Positions 10,180 through 25,100 of a stretch of 64,000 bases of DNA are shown here, in pieces. The notes below the pieces were generated by a model. The model was not told where the DNA came from, did no database searches, and saw only the letters and a program-made list of their open reading frames with translations. Location: positions 10,786,352 to 10,850,351 of the forward strand of contig NC_092678.1 in the NCBI RefSeq assembly GCF_964355755.1, read 5' to 3'. How positions within the stretch are numbered: position 1 is the stretch's first letter; every line of letters begins with the position of its first letter. This DNA is from Antedon mediterranea (lineage: Eukaryota > Animalia > Echinodermata). The translations under genes and the position numbers were made by a program.

Positions 10180-13100
10180 ATGTTAACAAGTTTTTTCGAA
10201 AATCACAAAATGGTCTAAAACGTCTCCAAATGCGATTTGAAGATATTCTGAGCACTTTGGTGTTTTTCTGTTAAAAAGTATTTTCGAAAATCACAAAATG
10301 GTCTAAAACGTCTCCAAATGCAATTTGAAGCTATTCTGTACACTTTGATGTTTTGTGTGAAAAAGTTTTGTCAAAATGCTCAAAATGGTCTAAAACGTTT
10401 TTAAAACGATATTAAGCTATTTTGTGCTCTTTGATGTTTTTGTATAACCAAGTTTTTTCGAAAATCACAAAATGGTCTAAAACGTCTCCAAATGCGATTT
10501 GAAGCTTTTCTAAACACTTTGGTGTTTTTATGTTAACAAGTTTTTTCGAAAATCACAAAATGGTCTAAAACGTCTCCAAATCCGATTTGAAGCTATTCTG
10601 TACACTTTGATGTTTTGTGTGAAAAAGTTTTGTCGAAATGCTCAAAATGGTCTAAAACGTTTTTAAAACGATATTAAGCTATTTTGTGCTCTTTGATGTT
10701 TTTGTGTAACCAAGTTTCATCGATATGAACAAAATGTTCTAAAACGTCTCAAAATGCGATTTGAAGGTATTCTGAGCACTTTGGTGTTTTTGGGTGAAAA
10801 GTTTTAACGAAATGCTCAAAATGGTCTAAAACGGTTTCTAATGTGATTTTAAGCACTTTGAAGTATTTGTAAAAACAAGTTTCATCGAAATGCACAAAAT
10901 AGTCTAAAACGTCTCCAAATGCGATTTGAAGCTTTTCTAAGCACTTTGGTGTTTTTATGTTAACAAGTTTTTTCGAAAATCACAAAATGGTCTAAAACGT
11001 CTCCAAATGCGATTTGAAGATATTCTGAGCACTTTGGTGTTTTTATGTTAAAAAGTATTTTCGAAAATCACAAAATGGTCTAAAACGTCTCCAAATGCGA
11101 TTTGAAGCTCTTCTGTACACTTTGATGTTTTGTGTGAAAAAGTTTAGTAGAAATGCTCAAAATGGTCTAAAACGTTTTTAAAACGATATTAAGCTATTTT
11201 GTGCTCTTTGATGTTTTTGTGTAACCAAGTTTCATCGAAAATCACAAAATGGTCTAAAACGTCTCCAAATGCGATTTGAAGATATTCTGAGCACTTTGGT
11301 GTTTTTATGTTAACAAGTTTTTTCGAAAATCACAAAATGGTCTAAAACGTCTCCAAATGCGATTTGAAGATATTCTGAGCACTATGGTGTTTTTATGTTA
11401 ACAAGTTTTTTCGAAAATCACAAAATGGTCTAAAACGTCTCCAAATGCGATTTGAAGCTATTCTATACACTTTGATGTTTTGTGTTAAAAAGTTTTGTCG
11501 AAATGCTCAAAATGGTTTAAAACGTTTTTAAAACGATATTAAGCTATTTTGTGCTCTTTGATGTTTTTGTGTAACCAAGTTTCATCGAAATGAACAAAAT
11601 GGTCTAAAACGTCTCCAAATGCGATTTGAAGCTTTTCCAAGCACTTTGCTGTTTTTATGTTAACAAGTTTTTTCGAAAATCACAAAATTGTCTAAAACGT
11701 CTCAAAATGCGATTTGAAGGTATTCTGAGCACTTTGGTGTTTTTGTGTGAAAAGTTTTTTAACGAAAAGCTTAAAATGGTCTAAAACGGTTCTAATGTGA
11801 TTTTAAGCACTTTGATGTTTTTGTACAACCAAGTTTCATCGAAATGCTCAAAATGGTCTAAAACGTTTTTAAAACGATATTAAGCTATTTTGTGCTCTTT
11901 GATGTTTTTGTGTAACCAAGTTTTTTCGAAAATCACAAAATGGTCTAAAACGTCTCCAAATGCGATTTGAAGCTTTTCTAAGCACTTTGGTGTTTTGTGT
12001 GAAAAAGTTTTGTCGAAATGCTCAAAATGGTCTAAAACGTTTTTAAATACGATATTAAGCTGTTTTGTGCACTTTGATGATTTGTGTGAAAAGTTTTAAC
12101 GAAATGCTCAAAATAGTCTATAACGGTTTCTAATGTGATTTTAAGCACTTTGATGTTTTTGTGTAATCAAGTTTTTTTGGAAATCACAAAATGGTCTAAA
12201 ACGTCTCCAAATGCGATTTGAAGCTTTTCTAAGCACTTTGGTGTTTTTATGTTAACAAGTTTTTTCGAAAATCACAAAATGGTCTAAAACGTCTCAAAAT
12301 GCGATTTGAAGGTATTCTGAGCACTTTGGTGTTTTTGTGTGAAAAGTTTTAACGAAATGCTCAAAATGGTCTAAAACGGTTTCTAATGTGATTTTAACCA
12401 CTTTGATGTTTTTGTGTAACCAAGTTTTTTCGAAAATCACAAAATGGTCTAAAACGTCTCCAAATGCGATTTGAAGCTATTCTGTACACTTTGATGTTTT
12501 GTGTGAAAAAAGTTTTGTCGAAATGCTCAAAATGGTCTAAAACGTTTTTAAAACGATATTAAGCTATTTTATGCTCTTTGATGTTTTTGTGTAACCAAGT
12601 TTTTTCGAAAATCACAAAATTGTCTAAAACGTCTCCGAATGCGATTTGAAGCTCTTCTGTACACTTTGATGTTTTGTGTGAAAAAGTTTTCTCGAAATGC
12701 TAAAAATGGTATAAAAACGTTTTCCAATACCATATTAAGCTATTTTGTGCAATTTGATGTTTTTGTGTAACCAAGTTTTTTCGAAAATCACAAAATTGTC
12801 TAAAACGTCTCCGAATGCGATTTGAAGCTCTTCTGTACACTTTGATGTTTTGTGTGAAAAAGTTTTCTCGAAATGCTAAAAATGGTCTAAAACGTTTTCC
12901 AATACCATATTAAGCTATTTTGTGCAATTTGATGTTTTTGTGTAACAAAGTTTTTTCGAAAATCACAAAATGGTCTAAAACGTCTCCAAATGCGATTTGA
13001 AGATATTCTGAGCACTTTGGTGTTTTTATGTTAAAAAGTTTTTTGGAAAATCACAAAATGGTCTAAAACGACTCCAAATGCGATTTGAAGCTATCCTGTA

Positions 13101-16100
13101 CACTTTGATGTTTTGTGTGAAAAAGTTTTGTCGAAATGCTCAAAATGATCTAAAACGTTTTTAAAACGATATTAAGCTATTTTGTGCTCTTTGATGTTTT
13201 TGTGTATCCAAGTTTCATCGAAATGAACAAAATGGTCTAAAACGTCTCCAAATGCGATTTGAAGGTATTCTGAGCACTTTGGTGTTTTTGTGTGAAAAGT
13301 TTTAACGAAATGCTCAAAATGGTCTAAAACGGTTTCTAATGTGATTTTAACAACTTTGATGTTTTTGTGTAACCAAGTTCTTTTCGAAAATCACAAAATG
13401 GTCTAAAACGTCTCCAAATGCGATTTGAAGCTTTTCTAAGCACTTTGGTGTTTTTATGTTAAAAAGTTTTTTCGAAAATCACAAAATGGTCTAAAACGTC
13501 TCCAAATGCGATTTGAAGCTCTTCTGTACACTTTGATGTTTTGTGTGAAAAAGTTTTGTCGAAATGCTCAAAATGGTCTAAAACGTTTTTAAATACGATA
13601 TTAAGCTGTTTTGTGCACTTTGATGATTTGTGTGAAAAGTTTTAACGAAATGTTCAAAATAGTCTAAAACGGTTTCTAATGTGATTTTAAGCACTTTGAT
13701 GTTTTTGTGTAACCAAGTTTTTTCGGAAATCACAAAATGGTCTAAAACGTCTCAAAATGCGATTTGAAGCTTTTCTAAGCACTTTGGTGTTTTTATGTTA
13801 ACAAGTTTTTTCGAAAATCACAAAATGGTCTAAAACGTCTCAAAATGCGATTGAAGGTATTCTGAGCACTTTGGTGTTTTTGTGTGAAAAGTTTTAACGA
13901 AATGCTCAAAATGGTCTAAAACGGTTCTAATGTGATTTTAAGCACTTTGATGTTTTTGTATAACCAAGTTTCATCGAAATGCTCAAAATGATGTAAAACG
14001 TTTTAAAAACGATATTAAGCTATTTTGTGCTCTTTGATGTTTTTGTGTAACCAAGTTTTTTCGAAAATCACAAAATGGTCTAAAACGTCTCCAAATGCGA
14101 TTTGAAGCTTTTCTAAGCACTTTGGTGTTTTTATGTTAACAAGTTTTTTCGAAAATCACAAAATGGTCTAAAACGTCTCAAAATGCGATTTGAAGGTATT
14201 CTGAGCACTTTGGTGTTTTTGTGTGAAAAGTTTTAACGAAATGCTCAAAATGGTCTAAAATGGTTTCTAATGTGATTTTAACCACTTTGATGTTTTTGTG
14301 TAACCAAGTTCTTTTCGAAAATCACAAAATGGTCTAAAACGTCTCCAAATGCGATTTGAAGCTTTTCTAAGCACTTTGGTGTTTTTATGTTAACAAGTTT
14401 TTTCGAAAATCACAAAATGGTCTAAAACGTCTCAAAATGCGATTTGAAGGTATTCTGAGCACTTTGGTGTTTTTGTGTGAAAAGTTTTAACGAAATGCTC
14501 AAAATGGTCTAAAACGGTTTCTAATGTGATTTTAACCACTTTGATGTTTTTGTGTAACCAAGTTTTTTCGAAAATCACAAAATGGTCTAAAACGTCTCCA
14601 AATGCGATTTGAAGCTTTTCTAAGCACTTTGGTGTTTTTATGTTAACAAGTTTTTTCGAAAATCACAAAATGGTCTAAAACGTCTCCAAATGCGATTTGA
14701 AGATATTCTGAGCACTTTGGTGTTTTTCTGTTAAAAAGTATTTTCGAAAATCACAAAATGGTCTAAAACGTCTCCAAATGCAATTTGAAGCTATTCTGTA
14801 CACTTTGATGTTTTGTGTGAAAAAGTTTTGTCAAAATGCTCAAAATGGTCTAAAACGTTTTTAAAACGATATTAAGCTATTTTGTGCTCTTTGATGTTTT
14901 TGTATAACCAAGTTTTTTCGAAAATCACAAAATGGTCTAAAACGTCTCCAAATGCGATTTGAAGCTTTTCTAAACACTTTGGTGTTTTTATGTTAACAAG
15001 TTTTTTCGAAAATCACAAAATGGTCTAAAACGTCTCCAAATCCGATTTGAAGCTATTCTGTACACTTTGATGTTTTGTGTGAAAAAGTTTTGTCGAAATG
15101 CTCAAAATGGTCTAAAACGTTTTTAAAACGATATTAAGCTATTTTGTGCTCTTTGATGTTTTTGTGTAACCAAGTTTCATCGAAAAGAACAAAATGGTCT
15201 AAAACGTCTCCAAATGCGATTTGAAGATATTCTGAGCACTTTGGTGTTTTTATGTTAACAAGTTTTTTCGAAAATCACAAAATGGTCTAAAACGTCTCCA
15301 AATGCGATTTGAAGATATTCTGAGCACTTTGCTGTTTTTATGTTAAGTTTTTTCGAAAATCACAAAATGGTCTAAAACGTCTCAAAATGCTATTTGAAGG
15401 TATTCTGAGCACTTTGGTGTTTTTGTGTGAAAAGTTTTAACGAAATGCTCAAAATGGTCTAAAACGGTTCTAATGTGATTTTAAGCACTTTGAGGTTTTT
15501 GTATAACCAAGTTTCATCGAAATGCTCAAAATGGTCTAAAACGTTTTTAAAACGATATTAAGCTATTTTGTGCTCTTTGATGTTTTTGTGTAACGAAGTT
15601 TCATCGAAATGAACAAAATGGTCTAAAACGTCTCCAAATGCGATTTGAAGCTTTTCCAAGCACTTTGCTGTTTTTATGTTAACAAGTTTTTTCGAAAATC
15701 ACAAAATGGCCTAAAACGTCTCAAAATGCGATTTCAAGGTATTCTGAGCACTTTGGTGTTTTTGTGTGAAAGGTTTTAACGAAATGCTCAAAATGGTCTA
15801 AAACGGTTTCTAATGTGATTTTAAGCACTTTGATGTTTTTGTATAACCAAGTTTCATCGAAATGCACAAAATGGTCTAAAACGTCTCCAAATGCGATTTG
15901 AAGCTTTTCTAAGCACTTTGCTGTTTTTATGTTAACAAGTTTTTTCGAAAATCACAAAATGGTCTAAAACGTCTCCAAATGCGATTTGAAGATATTCTGA
16001 GCACTTTGGTGTTTTTATGTTAAAAAGTTTTTTCGAAAATCACAAAATGGTCTAAAACGTCTCCAAATGCGATTTGAAGATATTCTGAGCACTTTGGTGT

Positions 16101-19100
16101 TTTTATGTTAAAAAGTTTTTTCGAAAATCACAAAATGGTCTAAAACGTCTCCAAATGCGATTTGAAGCTATTCTGTACACTTTGATGTTTTGTGTGAAAA
16201 AGTTTTGTCGAAATGCTCAAAATGGTCTAAAACGTTTTTAAAACGATATTAAGCTATTTTGTCCTCTTTGATGTTTTTATGTAACCAAGTTTCATCGAAA
16301 TGAACAAAATGGTCTAAAACGTCTCCAAATGCGATTTGAAGCTTTTCCAAGCACTTTGCTGTTTTTATGTTAACAAGTTTTTTCGAAAATCACAAAATGG
16401 TCTAAAACGTCTCAAAATGCGATTTGAAGGTATTCTGAGCACTTTGGTGTTTTTGTGTGAAAAGTTTTAACGAAATGCTCAAAATGGTCTAAAACGGTTT
16501 CTAATGTGATTTTAAGCACTTTGATGTTTTTGTATAACCAAGTTTCATCGAAATGCACAAAATGGTCTAAAACGTCTCCAAATGCGATTTTAAGCTTTTC
16601 TAAGCACTTTGGTGTTTTTATGTTAACAAGGTTTTTCGAAAATCACCAAATGGTCTAAAACGTCTCCAAATGCGATTTGAAGATATTCTGAGCACTTTGG
16701 TGTTTTTATGTTAACAAGTTTTTTCGAAAATCACAAAATGGTCTAAAACGTCTCAAAATACGATATTAAGCTGTTTTGTGCACTTTGATGATTTGTGTGA
16801 AAAGTTTTAACGAAATGCTCAAAATGGTCTAAAACGGTTTCTAATGTGATTTTAAGCACTTTGATGTTTTTATGTAGCCAAGTTTTTTCGAAAATCACAA
16901 AATGGTCAAAAACGTCTCCAAATGCGATTTGAAGCTTTTCTAAGCACTTTGGTTTTTTTATGTTAACAAGTTTTTTCGAAAATCACAAAATGGTCTAAAA
17001 CGTCTTCAAATGCGATTTGAAGATATTCTGAGCACTTTGGTGTTTTTCTGTTAAAAAGTATTTTCGAAAATCACAAAATGGTCTAAAACGTCTCCAAATG
17101 CGATTTGAAGCTATTCTGTACACTTTGATGTTTTGTGTGAAAAAGTTTTGTGAAAATGCTCAAAATGGTCTAAAACGTTTTTAAAACGATATTAAGCTAT
17201 TTTGTGCTCTTTGATGTGTTTGTATAACCAAGTTTTTTCGAAAATCACAAAATGGTCTAAAACGTCTCCAAATGCGATTTGAAGCTTTTCCAAGCACTTT
17301 GCTGTTTTTATGTTAACAATTTTTTTCGAAAATCATAAAATGGTCTAAAACGTCTCCAAATGCGATTTGAAGCTATTCTGTACACTTTGATGTTTTGTGT
17401 GAAAAGTTTTGTCGAAATGCTCAAAATGGTCTAAAACGTTTTTAAAACGATATTAAGCTATTTTGTGCTCTTTGATGTTTTTGTGTAACCAAGTTTCATC
17501 GAAATGAACAAAATGGTCTAAAACGTCTCCAAATGCGATTTGAAGCTTTTCTAAGCACTTTGGTGTTTTTATGTTAACAAGTTTTTTCGAAAATCACAAA
17601 ATGGTCTAAAACGTCTCCAAATGCGATTTGAAGCTTTTCTAAGCACTTTGGTGTTTTTATGTTAACAAGTTTTTTCGAAAATCACAAAATGGTCTAAAAC
17701 GTCTCAAAATGCGATTTGAAGGTATTCTGAGCACTTTGGTGTTTTTGTGTGAAAAGTTTTAACGAAATGCTCAAAATGGTCTAAAACGGTTTCTAATGTG
17801 ATTTTAACCACTTTGATGTTTTTGTGTAACCAAGTTCTTTTCGAAAATCACAAAATGGTCTAAAACGTCTCCAAATGCGATTTGAAGCTCTTCTGTACAC
17901 TTTGATGTTTTGTGTGAAAAAGTTTTGTCGAAATGCTCAAAATGGTCTAAAACGTTTTTAAATACGATATTAAGCTGTTTTGTGCACTTTGATGATTTGT
18001 GTGAAAAGTTTTAACGAAATGCTCAAAATAGTCTATAACGGTTTCTAATGTGATTTTAAGCACTTTGATGTTTTTGTGTAATCAAGTTTTTTTGGAAATC
18101 ACAAAATGGTCTAAAACGTCTCCAAATGCGATTTGAAGCTTTTCTAAGCACTTTGGTGTTTTTATGTTAACAAGTTTTTTCGAAAATCACAAAATGGTCT
18201 AAAACGTCTCAAAATGCGATTTGAAGGTATTCTGAGCACTTTGGTGTTTTTGTGTGAAAAGTTTTAACGAAATGCTCAAAATGGTCTAAAACGGTTTCTA
18301 ATGTGATTTTAACCACTTTGATGTTTTTGTGTAACCAAGTTTTTTCGAAAATCACAAAATGGTCTAAAACGTCTCCAAATGCGATTTGAAGCTATTCTGT
18401 ACACTTTGATGTTTTGTGTGAAAAAAGTTTTGTCGAAATGCTCAAAATGGTCTAAAACGTTTTTAAAACGATATTAAGCTATTTTATGCTCTTTGATGTT
18501 TTTGTGTAACCAAGTTTTTTCGAAAATCACAAAATTGTCTAAAACGTCTCCGAATGCGATTTGAAGCTCTTCTGTACACTTTGATGTTTTGTGTGAAAAA
18601 GTTTTCTCGAAATGCTAAAAATGGTATAAAAACGTTTTCCAATACCATATTAAGCTATTTTGTGCAATTTGATGTTTTTGTGTAACCAAGTTTTTTCGAA
18701 AATCACAAAATTGTCTAAAACGTCTCCGAATGCGATTTGAAGCTCTTCTGTACACTTTGATGTTTTGTGTGAAAAAGTTTTCTCGAAATGCTAAAAATGG
18801 TCTAAAACGTTTTCCAATACCATATTAAGCTATTTTGTGCAATTTGATGTTTTTGTGTAACAAAGTTTTTTCGAAAATCACAAAATGGTCTAAAACGTCT
18901 CCAAATGCGATTTGAAGATATTCTGAGCACTTTGGTGTTTTTATGTTAAAAAGTTTTTTGGAAAATCACAAAATGGTCTAAAACGACTCCAAATGCGATT
19001 TGAAGCTATCCTGTACACTTTGATGTTTTGTGTGAAAAAGTTTTGTCGAAATGCTCAAAATGATCTAAAACGTTTTTAAAACGATATTAAGCTATTTTGT

Positions 19101-22100
19101 GCTCTTTGATGTTTTTGTGTATCCAAGTTTCATCGAAATGAACAAAATGGTCTAAAACGTCTCCAAATGCGATTTGAAGGTATTCTGAGCACTTTGGTGT
19201 TTTTGTGTGAAAAGTTTTAACGAAATGCTCAAAATGGTCTAAAACGGTTTCTAATGTGATTTTAACAACTTTGATGTTTTTGTGTAACCAAGTTCTTTTC
19301 GAAAATCACAAAATGGTCTAAAACGTCTCCAAATGCGATTTGAAGCTTTTCTAAGCACTTTGGTGTTTTTATGTTAAAAAGTTTTTTCGAAAATCACAAA
19401 ATGGTCTAAAACGTCTCCAAATGCGATTTGAAGCTCTTCTGTACACTTTGATGTTTTGTGTGAAAAAGTTTTGTCGAAATGCTCAAAATGGTCTAAAACG
19501 TTTTTAAATACGATATTAAGCTGTTTTGTGCACTTTGATGATTTGTGTGAAAAGTTTTAACGAAATGTTCAAAATAGTCTAAAACGGTTTCTAATGTGAT
19601 TTTAAGCACTTTGATGTTTTTGTGTAACCAAGTTTTTTCGGAAATCACAAAATGGTCTAAAACGTCTCAAAATGCGATTTGAAGCTTTTCTAAGCACTTT
19701 GGTGTTTTTATGTTAACAAGTTTTTTCGAAAATCACAAAATGGTCTAAAACGTCTCAAAATGCGATTGAAGGTATTCTGAGCACTTTGGTGTTTTTGTGT
19801 GAAAAGTTTTAACGAAATGCTCAAAATGGTCTAAAACGGTTCTAATGTGATTTTAAGCACTTTGATGTTTTTGTATAACCAAGTTTCATCGAAATGCTCA
19901 AAATGATGTAAAACGTTTTAAAAACGATATTAAGCTATTTTGTGCTCTTTGATGTTTTTGTGTAACCAAGTTTTTTCGAAAATCACAAAATGGTCTAAAA
20001 CGTCTCCAAATGCGATTTGAAGCTTTTCTAAGCACTTTGGTGTTTTTATGTTAACAAGTTTTTTCGAAAATCACAAAATGGTCTAAAACGTCTCAAAATG
20101 CGATTTGAAGGTATTCTGAGCACTTTGGTGTTTTTGTGTGAAAAGTTTTAACGAAATGCTCAAAATGGTCTAAAACGGTTTCTAATGTGATTTTAACCAC
20201 TTTGATGTTTTTGTGTAACCAAGTTCTTTTCGAAAATCACAAAATGGTCTAAAACGTCTCCAAATGCGATTTGAAGCTTTTCTAAGCACTTTGGTGTTTT
20301 TATGTTAACAAGTTTTTTCGAAAATCACAAAATGGTCTAAAACGTCTCAAAATGCGATTTGAAGGTATTCTGAGCACTTTGGTGTTTTTGTGTGAAAAGT
20401 TTTAACGAAATGCTCAAAATGGTCTAAAACGGTTTCTAATGTGATTTTAACCACTTTGATGTTTTTGTGTAACCAAGTTTTTTCGAAAATCACAAAATGG
20501 TCTAAAACGTCTCCAAATGCGATTTGAAGCTTTTCTAAGCACTTTGGTGTTTTTATGTTAACAAGTTTTTTCGAAAATCACAAAATGGTCTAAAACGTCT
20601 CCAAATGCGATTTGAAGATATTCTGAGCACTTTGGTGTTTTTCTGTTAAAAAGTATTTTCGAAAATCACAAAATGGTCTAAAACGTCTCCAAATGCAATT
20701 TGAAGCTATTCTGTACACTTTGATGTTTTGTGTGAAAAAGTTTTGTCAAAATGCTCAAAATGGTCTAAAACGTTTTTAAAACGATATTAAGCTATTTTGT
20801 GCTCTTTGATGTTTTTGTATAACCAAGTTTTTTCGAAAATCACAAAATGGTCTAAAACGTCTCCAAATGCGATTTGAAGCTTTTCTAAACACTTTGGTGT
20901 TTTTATGTTAACAAGTTTTTTCGAAAATCACAAAATGGTCTAAAACGTCTCCAAATCCGATTTGAAGCTATTCTGTACACTTTGATGTTTTGTGTGAAAA
21001 AGTTTTGTCGAAATGCTCAAAATGGTCTAAAACGTTTTTAAAACGATATTAAGCTATTTTGTGCTCTTTGATGTTTTTGTGTAACCAAGTTTCATCGATA
21101 TGAACAAAATGGTCTAAAACGTCTCAAAATGCGATTTGAAGGTATTCTGAGCACTTTGGTGTTTTTGGGTGAAAAGTTTTAACGAAATGCTCAAAATGGT
21201 CTAAAACGGTTTCTAATGTGATTTTAAGCACTTTGAAGTATTTGTAAAAACAAGTTTCATCGAAATGCACAAAATAGTCTAAAACGTCTCCAAATGCGAT
21301 TTGAAGCTTTTCTAAGCACTTTGGTGTTTTTATGTTAACAAGTTTTTTCGAAAATCACAAAATGGTCTAAAACGTCTCCAAATGCGATTTGAAGATATTC
21401 TGAGCACTTTGGTGTTTTTATGTTAAAAAGTATTTTCGAAAATCACAAAATGGTCTAAAACGTCTCCAAATGCGATTTGAAGCTCTTCTGTACACTTTGA
21501 TGTTTTGTGTGAAAAAGTTTAGTCGAAATGCTCAAAATGGTCTAAAACGTTTTTAAAACGATATTAAGCTATTTTGTGCTCTTTGATGTTTTTGTGTAAC
21601 CAAGTTTCATCGAAAATCACAAAATGGTCTAAAACGTCTCCAAATGCGATTTGAAGATATTCTGAGCACTTTGGTGTTTTTATGTTAACAAGTTTTTTCG
21701 AAAATCACAAAATGGTCTAAAACGTCTCCAAATGCGATTTGAAGATATTCTGAGCACTTTGGTGTTTTTATGTTAAAAAGTTTTTTCGAAAATCACAAAA
21801 TGGTCTAAAACGTCTCCAAATGCGATTTGAAGCTATTCTATACACTTTGATGTTTTGTGTTAAAAAGTTTTGTCGAAATGCTCAAAATGGTTTAAAACGT
21901 TTTTAAAACGATATTAAGCTATTTTGTGCTCTTTGATGTTTTTGTGTAACCAAGTTTCATCGAAATGAACAAAATGGTCTAAAACGTCTCCAAATGCGAT
22001 TTGAAGCTTTTCCAAGCACTTTGCTGTTTTTATGTTAACAAGTTTTTTCGAAAATCACAAAATTGTCTAAAACGTCTCAAAATGCGATTTGAAGGTATTC

Positions 22101-25100
22101 TGAGCACTTTGGTGTTTTTGTGTGAAAAGTTTTAACGAAAAGCTCAAAATGGTCTAAAACGGTTCTAATGTGATTTTAAGCACTTTGATGTTTTTGTACA
22201 ACCAAGTTTCATCGAAATGCTCAAAATGGTCTAAAACGTTTTTAAAACGATATTAAGCTATTTTGTGCTCTTTGATGTTTTTGTGTAACCAAGTTTTTTC
22301 GAAAATCACAAAATGGTCTAAAACGTCTCCAAATGCGATTTGAAGCTTTTCTAAGCACTTTGGTGTTTTGTGTGAAAAAGTTTTGTCGAAATGCTCAAAA
22401 TGGTCTAAAACGTTTTTAAATACGATATTAAGCTGTTTTGTGCACTTTGATGATTTGTGTGAAAAGTTTTAACGAAATGCTCAAAATAGTCTATAACGGT
22501 TTCTAATGTGATTTTAAGCACTTTGATGTTTTTGTGTAATCAAGTTTTTTTGGAAATCACAAAATGGTCTAAAACGTCTCCAAATGCGATTTGAAGCTTT
22601 TCTAAGCACTTTGGTGTTTTTATGTTAACAAGTTTTTTCGAAAATCACAAAATGGTCTAAAACGTCTCAAAATGCGATTTGAAGGTATTCTGAGCACTTT
22701 GGTGTTTTTGTGTGAAAAGTTTTAACGAAATGCTCAAAATGGTCTAAAACGGTTTCTAATGTGATTTTAACCACTTTGATGTTTTTGTGTAACCAAGTTT
22801 TTTCGAAAATCACAAAATGGTCTAAAACGTCTCCAAATGCGATTTGAAGCTATTCTGTACACTTTGATGTTTTGTGTGAAAAAAGTTTTGTCGAAATGCT
22901 CAAAATGGTCTAAAACGTTTTTAAAACGATATTAAGCTATTTTATGCTCTTTGATGTTTTTGTGTAACCAAGTTTTTTCGAAAATCACAAAATTGTCTAA
23001 AACGTCTCCGAATGCGATTTGAAGCTCTTCTGTACACTTTGATGTTTTGTGTGAAAAAGTTTTCTCGAAATGCTAAAAATGGTATAAAAACGTTTTCCAA
23101 TACCATATTAAGCTATTTTGTGCAATTTGATGTTTTTGTGTAACCAAGTTTTTTCGAAAATCACAAAATTGTCTAAAACGTCTCCGAATGCGATTTGAAG
23201 CTCTTCTGTACACTTTGATGTTTTGTGTGAAAAAGTTTTCTCGAAATGCTAAAAATGGTCTAAAACGTTTTCCAATACCATATTAAGCTATTTTGTGCAA
23301 TTTGATGTTTTTGTGTAACAAAGTTTTTTCGAAAATCACAAAATGGTCTAAAACGTCTCCAAATGCGATTTGAAGATATTCTGAGCACTTTGGTGTTTTT
23401 ATGTTAAAAAGTTTTTTGGAAAATCACAAAATGGTCTAAAACGACTCCAAATGCGATTTGAAGCTATCCTGTACACTTTGATGTTTTGTGTGAAAAAGTT
23501 TTGTCGAAATGCTCAAAATGATCTAAAACGTTTTTAAAACGATATTAAGCTATTTTGTGCTCTTTGATGTTTTTGTGTATCCAAGTTTCATCGAAATGAA
23601 CAAAATGGTCTAAAACGTCTCCAAATGCGATTTGAAGGTATTCTGAGCACTTTGGTGTTTTTGTGTGAAAAGTTTTAACGAAATGCTCAAAATGGTCTAA
23701 AACGGTTTCTAATGTGATTTTAACAACTTTGATGTTTTTGTGTAACCAAGTTCTTTTCGAAAATCACAAAATGGTCTAAAACGTCTCCAAATGCGATTTG
23801 AAGCTTTTCTAAGCACTTTGGTGTTTTTATGTTAAAAAGTTTTTTCGAAAATCACAAAATGGTCTAAAACGTCTCCAAATGCGATTTGAAGCTCTTCTGT
23901 ACACTTTGATGTTTTGTGTGAAAAAGTTTTGTCGAAATGCTCAAAATGGTCTAAAACGTTTTTAAATACGATATTAAGCTGTTTTGTGCACTTTGATGAT
24001 TTGTGTGAAAAGTTTTAACGAAATGTTCAAAATAGTCTAAAACGGTTTCTAATGTGATTTTAAGCACTTTGATGTTTTTGTGTAACCAAGTTTTTTCGGA
24101 AATCACAAAATGGTCTAAAACGTCTCAAAATGCGATTTGAAGCTTTTCTAAGCACTTTGGTGTTTTTATGTTAACAAGTTTTTTCGAAAATCACAAAATG
24201 GTCTAAAACGTCTCAAAATGCGATTGAAGGTATTCTGAGCACTTTGGTGTTTTTGTGTGAAAAGTTTTAACGAAATGCTCAAAATGGTCTAAAACGGTTC
24301 TAATGTGATTTTAAGCACTTTGATGTTTTTGTATAACCAAGTTTCATCGAAATGCTCAAAATGATGTAAAACGTTTTAAAAACGATATTAAGCTATTTTG
24401 TGCTCTTTGATGTTTTTGTGTAACCAAGTTTTTTCGAAAATCACAAAATGGTCTAAAACGTCTCCAAATGCGATTTGAAGCTTTTCTAAGCACTTTGGTG
24501 TTTTTATGTTAACAAGTTTTTTCGAAAATCACAAAATGGTCTAAAACGTCTCAAAATGCGATTTGAAGGTATTCTGAGCACTTTGGTGTTTTTGTGTGAA
24601 AAGTTTTAACGAAATGCTCAAAATGGTCTAAAATGGTTTCTAATGTGATTTTAACCACTTTGATGTTTTTGTGTAACCAAGTTCTTTTCGAAAATCACAA
24701 AATGGTCTAAAACGTCTCCAAATGCGATTTGAAGCTTTTCTAAGCACTTTGGTGTTTTTATGTTAACAAGTTTTTTCGAAAATCACAAAATGGTCTAAAA
24801 CGTCTCAAAATGCGATTTGAAGGTATTCTGAGCACTTTGGTGTTTTTGTGTGAAAAGTTTTAACGAAATGCTCAAAATGGTCTAAAACGGTTTCTAATGT
24901 GATTTTAACCACTTTGATGTTTTTGTGTAACCAAGTTTTTTCGAAAATCACAAAATGGTCTAAAACGTCTCCAAATGCGATTTGAAGCTTTTCTAAGCAC
25001 TTTGGTGTTTTTATGTTAACAAGTTTTTTCGAAAATCACAAAATGGTCTAAAACGTCTCCAAATGCGATTTGAAGATATTCTGAGCACTTTGGTGTTTTT